Assembly: GCA_036172245.1 (NCBI GenBank)
Contig: JAYWIR010000025.1
Location: forward strand, 2,294,001-2,358,000
From: Raillietiella orientalis
Lineage: Eukaryota
Reading direction: 5' to 3'
Length of the DNA stretch: 64,000 nt
The notes under the pieces were generated by a model that made no database searches, was not told the DNA's origin, and worked only from the letters and a program-made list of their open reading frames with translations. Positions 26,086 to 40,229 of the stretch are shown here, piece by piece. Every line of letters starts with the position of its first letter. Positions within the stretch are counted from its first letter, which is position 1. The translations under genes were made by a program, and so were the position numbers.

Positions 26086-29000
26086 TTCCCTGTCTGGGGT
26101 CGCTCGCGTGCAAACCGGAAGCAAACCCGGAAGGGGGTCTGCGCTCCAGACCGTCGTCATTCGCCACGGAATTTTTGATTGCAAGGCAAAAGAAAGGCAG
26201 AGGCAAGGGACAGGGGGTAACTCCACTGAAGGAGCCCTTCGGTCAGTTCGTGGAGCCGTTCCTCCTGGTGACAGACTCTCCGGAGAGTATGCTCTCGTAG
26301 AGAAAGAAGGAAATGCAGATCGCCCGGTCGCCGATGGCGTTGCCCGAGCGCTACCTGAAGGCTTACCTTTAGACCGGGGGGTATCAGAGTGCGCAGCTTA
26401 CCCTTCGCGCAAAGTGTTGTAGAGAGGCTGGAGGGCATCTTTGCGGGGAAGAGCGGCGGATCGTGGACCGCAGTCCTTGTGGCGTTCGCGCGGCACTCCG
26501 CTTCGCCCTCCACTTCATGGATTCGACGCGGGATTTTCCGGGAGCAGGTTGCTCGGGGGCTGTGGTTTTCCTCCGGCAAACTTGGAAACGCACCTGGCGA
26601 CGCCGAATCGCTCCGAAACTATGGAAACGCGCTTCCCTTCCGCTGAAGGGAGATCGCCACCGCCGCTCTTCCCCGCACCACCGGCCGCGAGCAGCCTGCG
26701 ATCCCCTCCGAGGGAGTCATCCGGGTCACTCGCCGACACGGACCTCCCAGTGTCTGGTCCCCGGTTCCTCTCCGTCCCCTCTTATGTGCGGGTAAACCCG
26801 CTCCGATGGCGCCACCCGAGTGCGTGACCGTCGCCACCTGGCGACCACGGGGAGGCTGCAAGCGACAAGCCGCGTTCCTGAAGGGACCACTTCCTGCTTC
26901 CCACGATGGCCCCAAGGGGCGTTTCCCGTTCCCGTGGAACCCGAAGGAAAAAAAAAGAAAATTCTTTCCTGTGGGAACCTCCCGTTCCTCGCGGATCTTC
27001 CTAGGAGGGCGCGGCGGACCCTTGGGAGCAAGGAGAGGACGCTTGCCGCGGCCGAGGACCGGCCGCGTCCAGTGGGCGGGGAAGGCGCTCCCGACGCCGA
27101 GGAGCGGCGCCTCGAGAGGGAAGAGGTGCATTTGAGGCCGCCGCCCGCGGCATTCCCGTCTATGACCGGACACGGGGAGCCGCGGGGAGTCGGCTGGCTG
27201 CAGGTCACCGACCTGAACGGGGGCTAGTGGGCCGCCCCAGTTGCCCGTGCACGGCGCGCCGAGTCGGCGCCCGCCTGGCGGCCCCCGATCGAGGATGCAG
27301 AGGAGGCAGCGTTCGGGAGGGGAGGCGGGCATGGAAGGGGAGTTGAAGGGGGAAAGAATATTGCGTCCCGCGGAGAAGAACCCACAAACGCCACCGGGAC
27401 CCAGGAAGCGGCTTCCGAGGGTCCCGCTCTCCCCGGACGGGAGACGCCCCGGTGCACCCGGCAGCGTGCGGTCGGGTTGAGCAGATACAACCTCCGCATC
27501 AGATGCCCCAGAGGGTCATCCGGATTTTCTCCTCGCTGCGGCGGGGGTGGGCCACGACTCGAACCTTCTGACTCCACCCGGGGGGCAATCGGGCACGAGG
27601 ATCTGCGGGTTCAAACCCCCGCGGGCCCGGCTGCTCCCCACTAGGACCGCGTGGAAGGGAACTCCCAAAAGTGACCAGGCGGCGAAACGAGTGGCGGATG
27701 AGCCTCTCTCCCTTTGCTTCTGAGCAGCATCCGTGTGCCCGAGACAGTACGATCCCTAAGTTGCATCATGAGAAGCTTCCTTTCGTACCCTGGGAGGAGG
27801 ATGAGAGGTGCCTTGGAGTTAGGGAGGGGGTAGGGAGTGGCCACCAGCGGGCCCTCGTCGCTGGAGAGGAGTCGCTTCAGGACACCCTCTGGGGAGGGTC
27901 GCCCCCGGATCCTCTTGGCCGCCAACCGCTCAGGCGCGAACCGGAAGCACCCTTCGGGTGCGCGGCGATGAATTCATCCGGCGAGGACACTCGCCCCTTC
28001 TGCAAAGGGCCCGTCCCTCAAGTACCTTCCTCCCCCTTTTCCCCCTAGAGAAGGAGAGGCTTCGTTCGAGGCTCTCTCGTTGTTGTGGCTTTTTTTTTTT
28101 TCCTTCCCTCGTCCTCCAACGGCGCTGGCGAGGCACCTCCCCCCCTCCTTCCGCAGAGTTGACCTCTTCTTTCTCCGGGCGCGCGTCCCAGACGCAAACA
28201 AACAAACAGGGCCGAGGGATGGAGGGATCAGGGGAGGGGTCTGAGATATCCCCGGCCGTTCCTCCCCGTCCGCGGACGGGGAAGAGGCGAAGGGAGCGTC
28301 AAAGAGCTCCTCCTCGGTCAGGACGGGAAGTGGGGATTGTTCTCGGGGGATGACCCGACCATCAATAACCGGCGGGAGTGACATCAAAGGGGAGGTGTTT
28401 CGGCTCCTCTTCCGATGCGTTTCCTCCTCCTCCTTCCCTGTCCTCCCCCTCCCCTGCACTCAGGAGATCTCCTGCCGTGGCGCCGCCGACGGCGAGCGGC
28501 GGAACTTCGCTCTTTCCTTTCTTCACTGGATGCCGCTGCTGCTGCCGCCGTCGTCACCTGGAAGATCCGGCTTCTTCCCACCCATCGGTGTCCGGAACGG
28601 ATCCATGGACCTTCCTGTACCAGGGATTTTGGAAAGCTACCGTCTCTCGTGAGGGCGGGGTGTGCAGAGATCCCCTACGAAGGTGTTCCGACGAAAGAGG
28701 ACAGCAGCCCGCCGTCGCTCGCATCTCGCACTCAGTGGGAAGCGATGGAGCAGCCAGCAGGCCCGTCAGTCTCCGTGCGGCTCGCCGCCGGGGTGCAGAT
28801 CGGAGAGACTGCTCGCCCCCACCTCCCACGCGTCCTTTGCGCGAGCGAGCCCTCCACCTGCTCGTGGGTCGGAGGAAGAAGGCCGACTGGAGGCGCTCTC
28901 GCCAGCGGGGTTCCTATTCCCCTCACCTTCCGCCTCTCACCCTTGCGTTTGCGAGCGCGCGGACTGTGCCGAGGTTGTCCCGGCGACCCGCACCGCAACG

Positions 29001-29384
29001 ACGACGCTCCGCTGGCCTCCTTCTCCGAGATTATGAGTTCAGATGCCTCGAAGGTGGGTCTCCGGCCTCCCTTGCCCACCCTTTCCTAGAACGTCAGGAG
29101 GCTGCAGGCCGGTTCCCGCTCCGGGGATTCCAGAGAACTACGCAAAAACGGATCACGTCGAGGGGACTGCACGGCGGAAAGGGTCGGAGAGACTGAACCC
29201 GGAGTCCCCCACCCTCTTCCGTCTGTGAGGTTTGTCCGAGGCCGCGCAGAGCGATGGGGCTCACGACGGCACCTTGACGGGAGAGGAATCCGGCCAGAGC
29301 GAGGAATGGAGCAGGCAGCTGGATGGTGGAGGTGGTCGTCGTGCTGGTGACGGGAGTCATGCTGACGGAGATGGAAACAGCAGC

Positions 29385-29550
29385 GATGATGATGGGGGGA
29401 AGAAAGAGAATGAGAGGAAGAGCGACGGAAGAAGAGGAGGAAGTATGAAGAAGTAGAGGAAAGTGAGGAAGAGGAGGAGGGAACGAGGAAGAAAAGGGAA
29501 GGAAGAGTGAAGGAGGAGGAGGAGAAAAGTGGAGGAGGTAGAGAGAGAAG
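29385..29550. repeat. Purine-rich low-complexity tract
   Basis: GAG/GAA-rich tract next to the 3' end of a LINE fragment. Confidence 0.85.
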
Positions 29551-29589
29551 GATGTTGATTTTTCCCAGTGCCACAAGGGGTGGGGTAAG

Positions 29590-30145
29590 TTTATTTTCCT
29601 TTTTGCATTCACTCTACAAACTCATTCATTCGACTTCAAAACAATACTGATTGCTTTCTCATTAAAGTTCACTTCCGGAGAGTCACTGCATTAAGGTGGA
29701 TTGGGGGTTGGGTGAGCTTGGACTTTGTCCTCAATCCTTATCAGGATACAGCGGTATGTCCAGGCTCACACTCTACCGCAGTTCCGTATGCCAATCTCTT
29801 TTTGGATAATCCCTTTCAGGATTTCCATGGGAGATACGGCCGTTCTCGCAGTCCTCAGCTTCCACCACCTGACGAGGATGGCGGTGGTGAACAAGGCAAT
29901 GGTCATCCTAACCATAGGATTGTAACAAGGAACGTTTCCGCTTCCCTGAAACATCTTTGCCAGGACTTCCATCTGCGAGTAGTTCTGCAGCCCTATGACC
30001 CTTTTCAGAGTCTACCAGTCTTGATGTATTGTAGGACAGGCCAGGATATGAAGTCTTGTATCCACATTCCTACATGCTTTGCAGTCCCTGTTTTCTCTTG
30101 CTCCTGTGAAGTTCTTCATTCTGGACCCGCTCAGAAGAAGGATGT
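29590..30145 (-). mobile_element. 5'-truncated, decayed L1/Tx1-type LINE 3' end (zf-RVT region of ORF2)
   Basis: Minus strand reads RDCKACRNVDTRLHILACPTIHQDW*...AILVRWWKLR, matching the CxxC..(E/D)TxxH..C..W plus downstream W..R pattern of L1/Tx1 ORF2. One in-frame stop; AATAAA at 29590-29595. Confidence 0.65.
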
Positions 30146-33100
30146 CGATGATGAGGACCAAGACGGTGGAGATGATGATGATCAGATGGAGGTGGAGGAA
30201 GAGAATCTGCTTGGATTCGCACGTATCCGCAGATCCCTCTCTCGGAAGGAGGCAGCATCCTTGGCAGTGTCCCGTGTTCGCTGTGGTCTCACAGCCGGGA
30301 CTGGGGCGACCTCGCGGACTTCACTTAGGTCCCACCCGCGCAACTCCTATGCGTTTTCCTCGTCCCCCTTTTTCTGGCAGGGAGGAAGGGGGAGCAATGT
30401 TGGTCAGGACGCGGGCCGAGCGCCGGGAGGCTCAAGCGACTGCAGGACGGCGCTCTCGTAGACCGCTAAGGTGAACCTCGTGCGCGCGCGGAGTGCGCGG
30501 CACCGCTCAGCGTCCCGTCCTTCCCGGTTCCCCTCCGGACAAAGTCGGTCTCCGTCCACCCTTCTCTGCTTCCCAGGACTGTGCACCGCCCAGTGCAGCG
30601 CCGATTTTCGTTACCTTCCAGGCACCGCCGCGGCTTTCGACCGATGAGAATCGAGAGGAGGGAAGAGAAGCTGCGGATCCAGCCTCCAGCGTCTCCCGTG
30701 AGCTCGAGGAGGGCGACTCCCGCGCGCGCGACGGATGCGTCCCGTTCGTCATCAGCCTCGTCCGGGACGGCAGCGACACTTGGCCGGTCCCTGCACTGGA
30801 TGCCCGTCCGTCCCTCCATCCTGGCTGCTGCTGCTGCAGGTCCCCACGGGGGGGAGGAAGTGCGCATTCTTCCATCCTGGGCTCGTCGCTCGGAGGCCGC
30901 GAGGGAGCAACGCCCTCTTTCTTCGGCCACCCCGACCCCTCTCCTCGTCGTGCAACGGGGAGTCCTTGGCCAGCACGTTGCCTTGTGAACCCACATCTCC
31001 GGTCGGTCCCGGAGTCCCTTCTCTTGCGCGAGCAGCAGTTGCCCGATCTGCCACTCGCTCACTCGCGTCCGCCTCCTGCTTGATGGCCCTGGCGTCGCCC
31101 GGAACGCACCCTGTGCTACCCCCCTTTTTTCTCCTCCCTCCCCTCCCTTCACTGCTCCGCCGTCGGGACGCCCCTCGCGGCGAGGCAAGGCAGCTGCGCT
31201 CGCGGCAGACTCCGATCCCACGAGTCGCCTCAGCATCCTCACCCGCGCTCCCCTTTCGATCGCGCGGGGTGCGCCTTCCCGCGCCGCCGCGGCCGCTTTC
31301 GGACCCCACGCTCACGGGAGCGCCTCAGACAGCACTGCTCTCTCCAGAGTCCTCCCTGCTGTCTCCGTCGCCCGTTGCTGGAGTCCGTGCCATTTCCCTC
31401 CCCCTCTCCAGCATCCCCTATTCTTGATCATCCTCATCTCGACTGTCTCTGCAAAATTCTTTCGCCTCCCGCTGCCTGGCAACGGGACAGCTCGAGTGGG
31501 AGGAAGATACCGCAAGAAGGATCCACCCTGCATACTGCCTTCACGTTCCCCCAGGTTTCGGGGCCCTCTCTCCGTTCCCGAAAGGACAGGGCTGGAAGAT
31601 GAGACCAAGGAACACCGACACCTCCCTGCTCCTTTTTTTTTTTTTCTTCCACCCCAATCAGGGAAGGATCCTGGGGGAGCGAAAGAGGAAGGAATCGGCA
31701 GCGCCTCCCCGCCGCTGATTCAATTAGCCGCCGCCCGGTGCGCCAGGCAGGGGCCCCATCCTCCCCCACCCCTCATTTGGGATCCAATCGAGCCGAACGG
31801 CGATGACCCCACGGCACAGGAGCGCACGTGCACAAAAAAAAAAGAGAGAGAGAGATGGAAAAAGGGGGGGGAAGAATGAAAAATCCGTCCTTTTTCCCCT
31901 CCTCCTCCCGGCTCCCCTCCCCGGGGCCGGCGTTGATGAGCCCAAACGGATGCTCCTCTCAGCGGGGGATCGCAGTGCTCCCCTCCGGCGCGCGCGCGCG
32001 CGGGTGCGGCGGCTGAGGGCGGAGTAGGAGGGGGGGGGGAAGGAGGCACATCCGTCCGGAGTGCGCGGTGGCAGCGGCGCCACCGGTCACATTCTGGCGC
32101 CATCCGTCACCGCTTTTTTTTTTTTCCTTTTTCCCCCTTCCCCACTTTTTTTTTAAAAAAAAATCCCCCTCCTCCTCCCCCTCATTCCTCCTCTCCTCTT
32201 CCACCCCCCTTCCTCCTTCCTCTCCCTCCCCTTCGCCCTCTCCCCGTTTGTCCGCCGCTTCCGTTCCTCTCTGCGGGCGCAGATCCATCATGTTTAATGC
32301 CCTCCCGCGCCTTTGTGCTCCTCCAGAGGGTGTGACTGATTCCTCCAGGTGGCGCAGCAGTGCCGCGAGCATTAGGGATGACGCGCGCGGGCAGGCCCGC
32401 CGCACCGCCCGGGTGGAGGCCGGCCTCTTTCCTCCTCCTCCTTTCCCCATGAAGAACCTGGAATGCTCGTCGGAGGAGCCCCGGAGGCGCTCCTTCGTCA
32501 CGCTGGCCGCACTCAGGAGCCTCCCTCGCGACTCCCCGAAACTCCACCTTCACCCCACTTCCTTCTTCCTCCTTCGGGAAGACGCGGCCCTCGGTGGCAG
32601 TAGGAGACATCGGCCAGCTCGGAGGAGGCAGCCGGGACCCGCACCCGGATCCAGGATTGCCCCCGCTCCCTTTTTCCTCCCCATCGGTCACGAGGATCTC
32701 CTGGGAGCAGCGCCCTGGACCCGCTTTCCCGCGCACTGCCCTCGAGCGGGAATCCCTTCCCTCGGGAAAGCGGACCGGTTCCCACCTCGGCCAAAAACCC
32801 GTCTCGCGGCAAGGATCCACGTCCCTTGCCCCGTCACGGGGAGAGGCCCCTAAAGGGACGTAGCACGCGCGCTCAGTGTCCCCTCTCGCCCTGCCACTCC
32901 GGGACCCCTTCCCTCCGGCAAGAGAGAGGACCTTCCCAGCCAAAGGAGATGCTCCACGCGACAGGGCGCGGACGCGTCCTCTTCTGCAGGAGCCCGAACC
33001 CCAACGAGACGAAGCAGAGAAAGGGGGGGAACCTCGAGCAGGGCGCGCGCGCCTCTGCTGCGCCGCCTTCGCCTCCCCTTCGCGTCGCCTCGGCGCATAG

Positions 33101-33189
33101 CGGAGTTGCAGTTCACCTCCTCCCCAACTGGCTAGCCGAGGAAAAGCAAGAGGAAGGATGGGCTAGCGTTGAAACGGCGGCGTCTGCTC

Positions 33190-33475
33190 GTGAGGAGGAG
33201 GAGGAGGAAGAAGAGGGAGGAGGAAAGAAGGAGAAGAAAGAGGATGAGCATGTGGAAGAGGAAAAAGAAGGAGAAGAAGGGGAAAGGGAAGAAGGAAATG
33301 AGAAGGAGGAAAAGGAGGAATATAGAAAAGGAAGAAGAAGGGAAGAGGAGAAAAATGAAAATGAGGAGGAGAACGAGGAAGAGGAAGAAGGAAATGAAGA
33401 GGTAGGGAGGAAAAGAAGGAAGAAGGTAGGAAGGGGGAGGAGAAGGGGGAAGGAAGTGGAGGAAGGGAGGGGCGA
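33190..33475. repeat. Purine-rich low-complexity tract
   Basis: GAG/GAA/AAG-rich; generates spurious E/K- and S/F-rich ORFs. Confidence 0.9.
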
Positions 33476-36400
33476 GATCTTGGAAGTTCGCATATGGCTG
33501 GATTAGACTTTACCCTGAGGCACATGGCGCACCGTCTCTGCGATCTCGAACGCCACTGCCCGCAGCCACTTTGTTCTGCAGAAGAAGATGCGTTGCAAGG
33601 GGTTTCCGCAGCATCCCGCACTGGCCAGCGTGAGACGGCACGGAGAGCATCCAGAGAGCACACAAGGAACACCCTTCCTCGGTCCCTTCTTTTCGTCCGC
33701 TCCTGGCCACTCCCGCGCGACCCTCCGTGCCTGAACCGTCCAGGAATAAAAGGGTTCCCCGGGTGTCCGCACAGGCTACCCCTCAAGGATTTGCGTGCCG
33801 ATCCGTGGCTGCACGCGGAGGCGAAGAGAGGGGAGGTCGCGGACGTTTGGCAAATGAGAAGAGGACGTCGTTCACGTCGAGCGAACGGTCCAGCATCTTG
33901 CTGCTCGTCGACGCACCGAGTGGATCCATGGTGGCATCGTCCGCTCTCCAGAAATGCTCCCTCGCCCCCGGTGGCTTAGAGAGCGTCGCGGGTGAGCGGC
34001 AGGCGGAATGACCCCACCGAAAACCGAGGGCAGCGGCCAGCAGATGGGGCACCTTCGCCGCGTGCACTTCCGGAAGGACCGACGCGAAAGCCCAAGAGTA
34101 GCCGAGCTTCGAGAGAGGTCGCCATGGTGGCGGTAGCACGTGCGGCCCAAGAGATCAGGACGATGCACAGGAAGGGGAGTTCCCGCGCGCGGGCGGGCGA
34201 GGAGCTGCGGGGCGAAGGCTGCTTGTCGGAACCCGTGCAACTTTGCTGACGGGAGGTTTGAGAGAAGGAGGAGGAATGTGCCCTCCGGCGCCATGGCCAG
34301 CTGGATGGCTAGGAAAGGGTGGGGGAGCGCAAGGACGGGAAGGTGGTTTTGTGAATTTCCTGCCAGCAGCAATGCACGCTCCGGAACAGGAAAGCGATCG
34401 GGAATCCTCGAAGGTCGAAGACGAAGATGTACGTCTCTCTCAGAAGCGGCTGCTGTCCTTCGAGGACGGCAGGCTCGAGCTTCAGGGTCTAAAGCGTTTC
34501 ATCTCCCTTTCCTTTCGTCGCCTCGCGAGACTCGCGCCTTCTTCCTATGTGCGTCGATCCAGGATGCGCAGCTTCCGTTCCCTTAGAGGGATGCGAGCCT
34601 CGCCCCTTTGCTCGCTCAGAGAGGCGCAGCGGCGGCACTTCCTCCCCTGGCCGACAGCGCTCGCCACATTTTTCGGGTTTCTCGAAAAGCAAATTGGTGG
34701 ACTCGAACGCAACGTAAACCCATCCACTGCCGATGGGCGCCACCTGATCTTCCAAGCTTGGGCACTTTCCCAGGCGGGACATGAAGGTTGACGTCCCGGG
34801 GACGAAGGCGAAATGCTCATCCAGGCTCTCGAGGCAAAAGGTTAGCACTGAGGTCGTAGCTCGGCTAAGCCCTACAATGAACTCGAGGAACGAGCGTCAT
34901 GCCCGTTTGTCCCAAGAGGGGATATTCCCTTCGATCCCGCCACATGGAAGTCGGGCTATGCGAAGAGGCGGGTCGAACTTTAATGCCGACCTCCATCTTC
35001 CGACAGGAAGAAGTTTAAAATGACGAGGGCAGCCACAGTAGGGAGATAGACCGTGGGGACCATGGAAACCCCTCCTCCCGTGCGCCAACGAATTTTTCCG
35101 AAATTTCGTTTTATTCCTCCTCATGGAGAGCAAATTAGAAATTTCGACCCAGTTCGCCCGTTCCACTCATTTGATTGGCCCGGAAGTCCGAGATGAGAAG
35201 GTGAAGGGGAGCTGGAATGAAAGGATCGTACCTGTTCCAGAGGGCTCCAGAAAGCTCACCGGATCAGTGCGATTTTCGTTTCCCCCCTAAGGGTTTCTGG
35301 ACCGTGGCTTTAAACCCGGAACGGTCGTCGCCCGAACACGTCGCTACGCTCTCCCTGGACTTCGCAGACGGCGGAACTCGCCGAGATGGGGCATCCTGTG
35401 AAGCCTACAGCGTGCGACGAACGGCAGAAATCCCGAAGGGCCCAGAAGGTGCCTCCGGGGACAGCAAGCGCAGAATTCGCATCGAGGGTGCCGGGCGCTG
35501 TGTCGAAGTCCGGAAGGGAAGCAAAGAAGGAAAAAGCGGGCGGAAATGGGAAAAGTGGGGCGTGGTCCAACCTTTCCAACGCCGTCCAGCGCTCTCCTGG
35601 AATCTTTCCGAGCAGGGCGAACAGTCCTGTCCGAAACCTGCGCAGTGAAACAACGGGGATGACAGACGGGAAGAGCGGAAGAGCACCATGGGCGAGCGGA
35701 GATCGCGAATCGAACCTTCCTGCGGAACGCTGCGGAAAGGGACCCGGGAATCCAAACACTTGGATTCCCGCCTCTCGTTTTCCCTGGGGGTTGTCTTGCT
35801 GGTCCTCTGTGATTTCGAAGTTCCTTGCATTTCTTTCTCACCCGCTTTTCCAGGTGACTCGGCTTTTTCAAGAAGTCTACACTCCTCCGATTCATCCGAC
35901 TGGCTGCAATGCAACCACCAGCCTCTGACTTTTGGATTCATCCTCTCTGCTGCCTCTTCTCGCTCCATTAGCGCAAACTGGTATGCCTTTCATATCTTCG
36001 TGGTTTGTCTCATCCTTTCCGTAGCCTAGTTGCTTAATGCGTGTGGGGACGCAGCAAAATGGCTTTTTATCTTCCGAGAGCACGGAAGCGACCATCTCGT
36101 CCCCTGTATTTCCTGAAGGAAAGGTTCTCAGTAGCGCTCCCAGATGGCACTCGAACAGGTGGGAGCAGTGAGCAGAGTGGAGACATTCTAGAAGTCGCCG
36201 CCGCGGGAAAGAGTTCCAGTTGAGATGAGCTCCGGCGCTGCGTGGCGCGTTGCCTGGATCGGAGGTGGAGCCGACAAGAGCGACAACGGCAAATGTTTCG
36301 GGTGCAGAAAGTTCACATTCGAGAAGATGGAACCCTGGTGGACGTGGGACCCATTTTTACTGCTTCCCACGTCCTTCTTGCTAACGAAGCACGGGGATCC

Positions 36401-37037
36401 CCGTTGCACCTCAAACCTTTCAAGACGGAATGGGCAGCAGGAATTGAGAGTCGTCACCGTCTTTTCTGGTCCTTCGTTGCCACGTTGCGAATCTTTGCCT
36501 TTTCACTTTGTTTATAGGTGACTCTTCGTTATTCATTCAGCGTTTTCCTTTGGAACGGAATCGCGTTGGAGCTTCTGAATACTCTCTTGATCTACGCCCG
36601 CGCCCCAAGGCGTATTCCAAGCGAGCTCGTTCTGCATGGTCCACTACAGCTTCCTGAAGCACAAATAACAAAGCCAAAGTTGAAATCCTCCTTTCGATCT
36701 GCTCAAGCTGACAGGAGAAGTAACTTCCGTCTTCGTTCCTCAACTCTCACTCGAAACAGGCGGACAGCAGGACCGAGGTGCGCATGAGCGGGGGAATCGC
36801 GAATGCAGCGAAACTTGCAGATCCTGAATCCTGGAGGAGGTCGCTTCTCGGGTGCTCGTCGCTCTCGTCTGTCTTCAAGGAAGACCACGGGGATTTCGAA
36901 TCGCGCTGCGGTCACCCTGCAGCGAGACCGCAGGTCAAGCGGGGACATCGAAGACGCCTCCCGACGCCGAGAGGGTGGGGCTGGGTGGGTTCGAAACGCG
37001 GAGGCGAACGCACCGTTTGACAAGGCCGTCGCCGCCT

Positions 37038-37100
37038 GGAGCAGCACCCCGGCGCCTTGGAATACACCAGGAGCAGCACCCGGCGCCCTGGAACACGCCC
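37038..37100. repeat. Short imperfect tandem duplication, ~31-bp unit
   Basis: ggagcagcaccccggcgccttggaatacacc followed by ggagcagcacccggcgccctggaacacgcc. Confidence 0.75.
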
Positions 37101-39639
37101 GTCGCGGAGCAGCCGGGCGCCCATGCCGAGCGAACTTTGGGAAGCTCTAGGCCGCCCATGCACTCGGCATTCCCGTAGGCGAACCCAGGGCGCCCGTGAC
37201 GCTCCTGGACAGCTCCTCGCTCTGGCGGGAGCGCAAGGCGAAACGCTTCTTGCACCGGTGCCGCTGCCCGTGCATCCTGCTCCAGCACCACGGAGGGAAC
37301 GCTCCCCCGAGCTGTGCCAGGTGCGGCCCCTGCGACTGCGGGCTTACCCTCAGAGGATGGCGGTTCGCGCACCCCGAGGACACCTCTCGGTGGCTCATGC
37401 AGCGGTTCTTCATATCTGCGAGGGCTTCTGACTGGCCACCCCATCCCCAGCTGTATCTGTGCAACAGATACAGCTGCGTCGCTGCTCGCGGTGGATGCCA
37501 CCGGAGGATGGCTGAACGCTTCTTCCCCTCTATGATGACGTCACCTCCCATCAGAAATGGACGAAGGCGTGCCTGCATCGCTGGCAGGCTGAGGAGGCAG
37601 CCAGCCAGCCAGCCACCTTCCCCTCCCCGATCCTGGCTCCGGAAGCATTTTATCCCGGAGATTCCCATCTTCCCATTCGTTTCTGGATGGCGGGATCATC
37701 ATCCGCTCGTTGACTTTCCAGGAGAGCCCAGTTTTTCTTCCTTCCTTTCTTTTTCGTTCGCCAAGCACTCAAGGGATATGCTCCATCCCATGGGAATATG
37801 TGGGTGCCTCCACACGGCCACTCCCAAGGCTCTTCCACCGTCACGCATCTAAGGGACGCGTGCAGCAGGGAAGGCAGGGGGATAACTTGAAGGGACCAAT
37901 CCTGGTTCCTGACTAATCAACGGGGCATTTTGCGATCGGAAGGGAGCGATCGTTCACTCGGGGCCGACCCCACGGATATTCGAACCCGCAACGCTCGCCT
38001 CCGAGCGCCGACGCCGTGACCACGCGGCCGCCAACGGGGCAATAAATGAATGAAGTGTGAAAAAGAAACGGTCAGACGCCAAGCGGGGGAGAAAAGAATG
38101 ACGAACGAAGCTCCTTAGGAATACCAATTGGCTTCAGGCGCTAACTGTCCTGAGCGCCTACCTGTTTATTTGTTTGGTGTTCCTTTTTCGCTGTCAATGA
38201 ACTGCCTCGCCGCTTGTCGGACTGGGGGAAGTGGAAGATCAGCACAAAGCTGGGGTCGAAGTTTGGGCCGACAGACAGAGAACCACCGTACTGCCATTGG
38301 GCAATATCCAGACATGCACGAATGAGCATGCAGTCTGCATTCGCTCCCTCCCTGCCCCTCCCCCTTTCCGCAGGAGGCCACCTCCCCGCCGGAAGTGTCC
38401 TGGCACGAAGCCTCTCGGACATGAAGGAAGTCTTCGACTTGGTGCGCTCGTCGGGCTGACGAAAGCACGCGGTCATCCCTGGCTATCCCGCGAGCGAATA
38501 GTCTGCGCGGTGCCACGGGGGGGGGCTACCTGAACGCGAAGACCCACGAACCAAATGAGTCGAGAGACGCTGCGATGGGACGGGGCATTTGACTAGGGGA
38601 TCCCCTGGGTCAAACGCTGTAGGGACTGCACCAGCCTTCATCTAGAGAGAGGCCGCTGGCTCAGGGGGATGCAAGAGGACGCTCTTGGCTCACGTCGATC
38701 CTGGACCTCCATCGCCCCCTGGAGGCGGGACTGCGATTGAAGGTCAGCGTCCAGAAATTCCAACTCCTCGGCGTAAACCTCCCCGACTCGGTCATCCTTG
38801 AGACGATGGGACCCACAGTAGTGGATCGGCTCGCGCTCTAGAGGACATGTACTGTCGACGAGTTGGTACAGAGGGAGAAAATTCAGGGATTCTGGGGGGA
38901 GGATTCGACCGTGAACAATCAGTCATGCCTGCAGCAGAAAAGGGCCAGGGTCTGTGGAACGGGTTCGCGCTACCCAAGAGATCCTGCTGGGTCGGACCCT
39001 CCATCCCATCCTATGCGAATCAGGGAGTAGCAGCGGAGCATCCATGGAAGGAATCCGAGTCTGGAGCCGAGGTAAGATGCCATGTTTGTGGCGTGGGCGC
39101 AGAGCACAGACCGCAGCGTGGAAGCAGGGAGACGCTGGAAATACTTTGAGTTCTTCGTTTTCTGTTTTCGCTGCTCCCCTTCCAGCTTTTTTTTTTTTTT
39201 TTTTTCGGGTCTTCTCTTTTTTGGTTCGCTGAGTACCTGAAGAATCGTCCGCCTGGAGGCTCACGAAGCTTTTTGGCACCTTCCGCGCCAACCGAGCGTG
39301 CGTGTTGACTTTTCAAGTTATAAGGGGTACCGCGGAGGGACCACCCTATGAATCCAGGAAGGCTCCGGAGGGAGGAAGCCTTTTCTCTTACGCTTGGGAG
39401 GGGAACCCCGAAGAGAATCACCTCTTCCTTGTTCCCTCCGGAGGGGTCTACCGGAAAGGGGGACAACGCCTTGTTTCTTCTCCGAAGGTAGCCCGTAAAG
39501 GATCCTCTCCTGGAATGTCTTCTCTGGAGGGTACCCACTCGCAAGGGAACCGTTGGCTGTTTCCTCCTCCTCCGAAGAGAACTCCTAAGGGACGCTCCCA
39601 AATTTTTCCTAAAGGACGCTCCCCGAGGGGAGCAGCGAA

Positions 39640-40229
39640 CTTCTTCACACTCTGGAGAAGTATCGATCCACCAGCCCCTTGGTATGAGATGGTGGGCCCC
39701 CCTCAGGAGGGTGGAGAAACCGCTCCATTTTCCCAACCGGGGGGGAACTCCGAAGGGTTCCGTGATTCCTGGAAAGACCCCAAAGGATCGATTTCGAATC
39801 CCGGCCGGTGAGAGGGGACATCCGGTTTCCGGCTTCCACCATTGCCTATGCGGGATGGTGGCTACATGGAGCAGCGCCAGAGGAGGCTACAACGACAGGG
39901 ACGCCATCTACTTTGCTGTTCTCCTCATGAGGACAGCGTCAAGATGGCCCCATCTGGCAGTCTTGAAACAGGAACTTGCGGGCATCCTTACAAGGATGCA
40001 GAGGACACCCTCCAGCATCCAGTGATCCCTTCCCGAATCCCCTCTTATTTTTTTGACTGTATGTTTTTTGTTTTATTTTTTTTCTTTCTGTTTGTCTCCC
40101 CATCCCCCGTGCTGCCGAGGTGAACCCCGCTGGCATACGTGCCAGAGCTCGGCAGGTTCCCTCCCGTAGTTATAAGTAACGTGGCAGGATCAAACCTCCT
40201 GCCACATACGTTTACTTTTTATAAATAAA
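39640..40229 (+). mobile_element. Possible decayed non-LTR retrotransposon 3' end with structured 3' UTR
   Basis: ORF end at 40025, T-rich spacer, two strong hairpins (40112-40155, 40181-40205) and AATAAA at 40224-40229. Protein similarity is weak. Confidence 0.3.

Noticed and set aside
26830..26845. CTCF-like palindrome GTCGCCACCTGGCGAC as an insulator
   Set aside because: Such motifs arise readily in GC-rich DNA; unsupported without binding data.
27700..27930. Possible LINE reverse-transcriptase YLG-region remnant (ERCLGV)
   Set aside because: Single short motif without flanking RT motifs.
32826..33506. E/K-rich ORF
   Set aside because: Translation of a purine-rich simple tract.
34340..34400. 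SGTGK Walker-A-like string (Helitron/helicase remnant)
   Set aside because: No supporting helicase motifs in order nearby.
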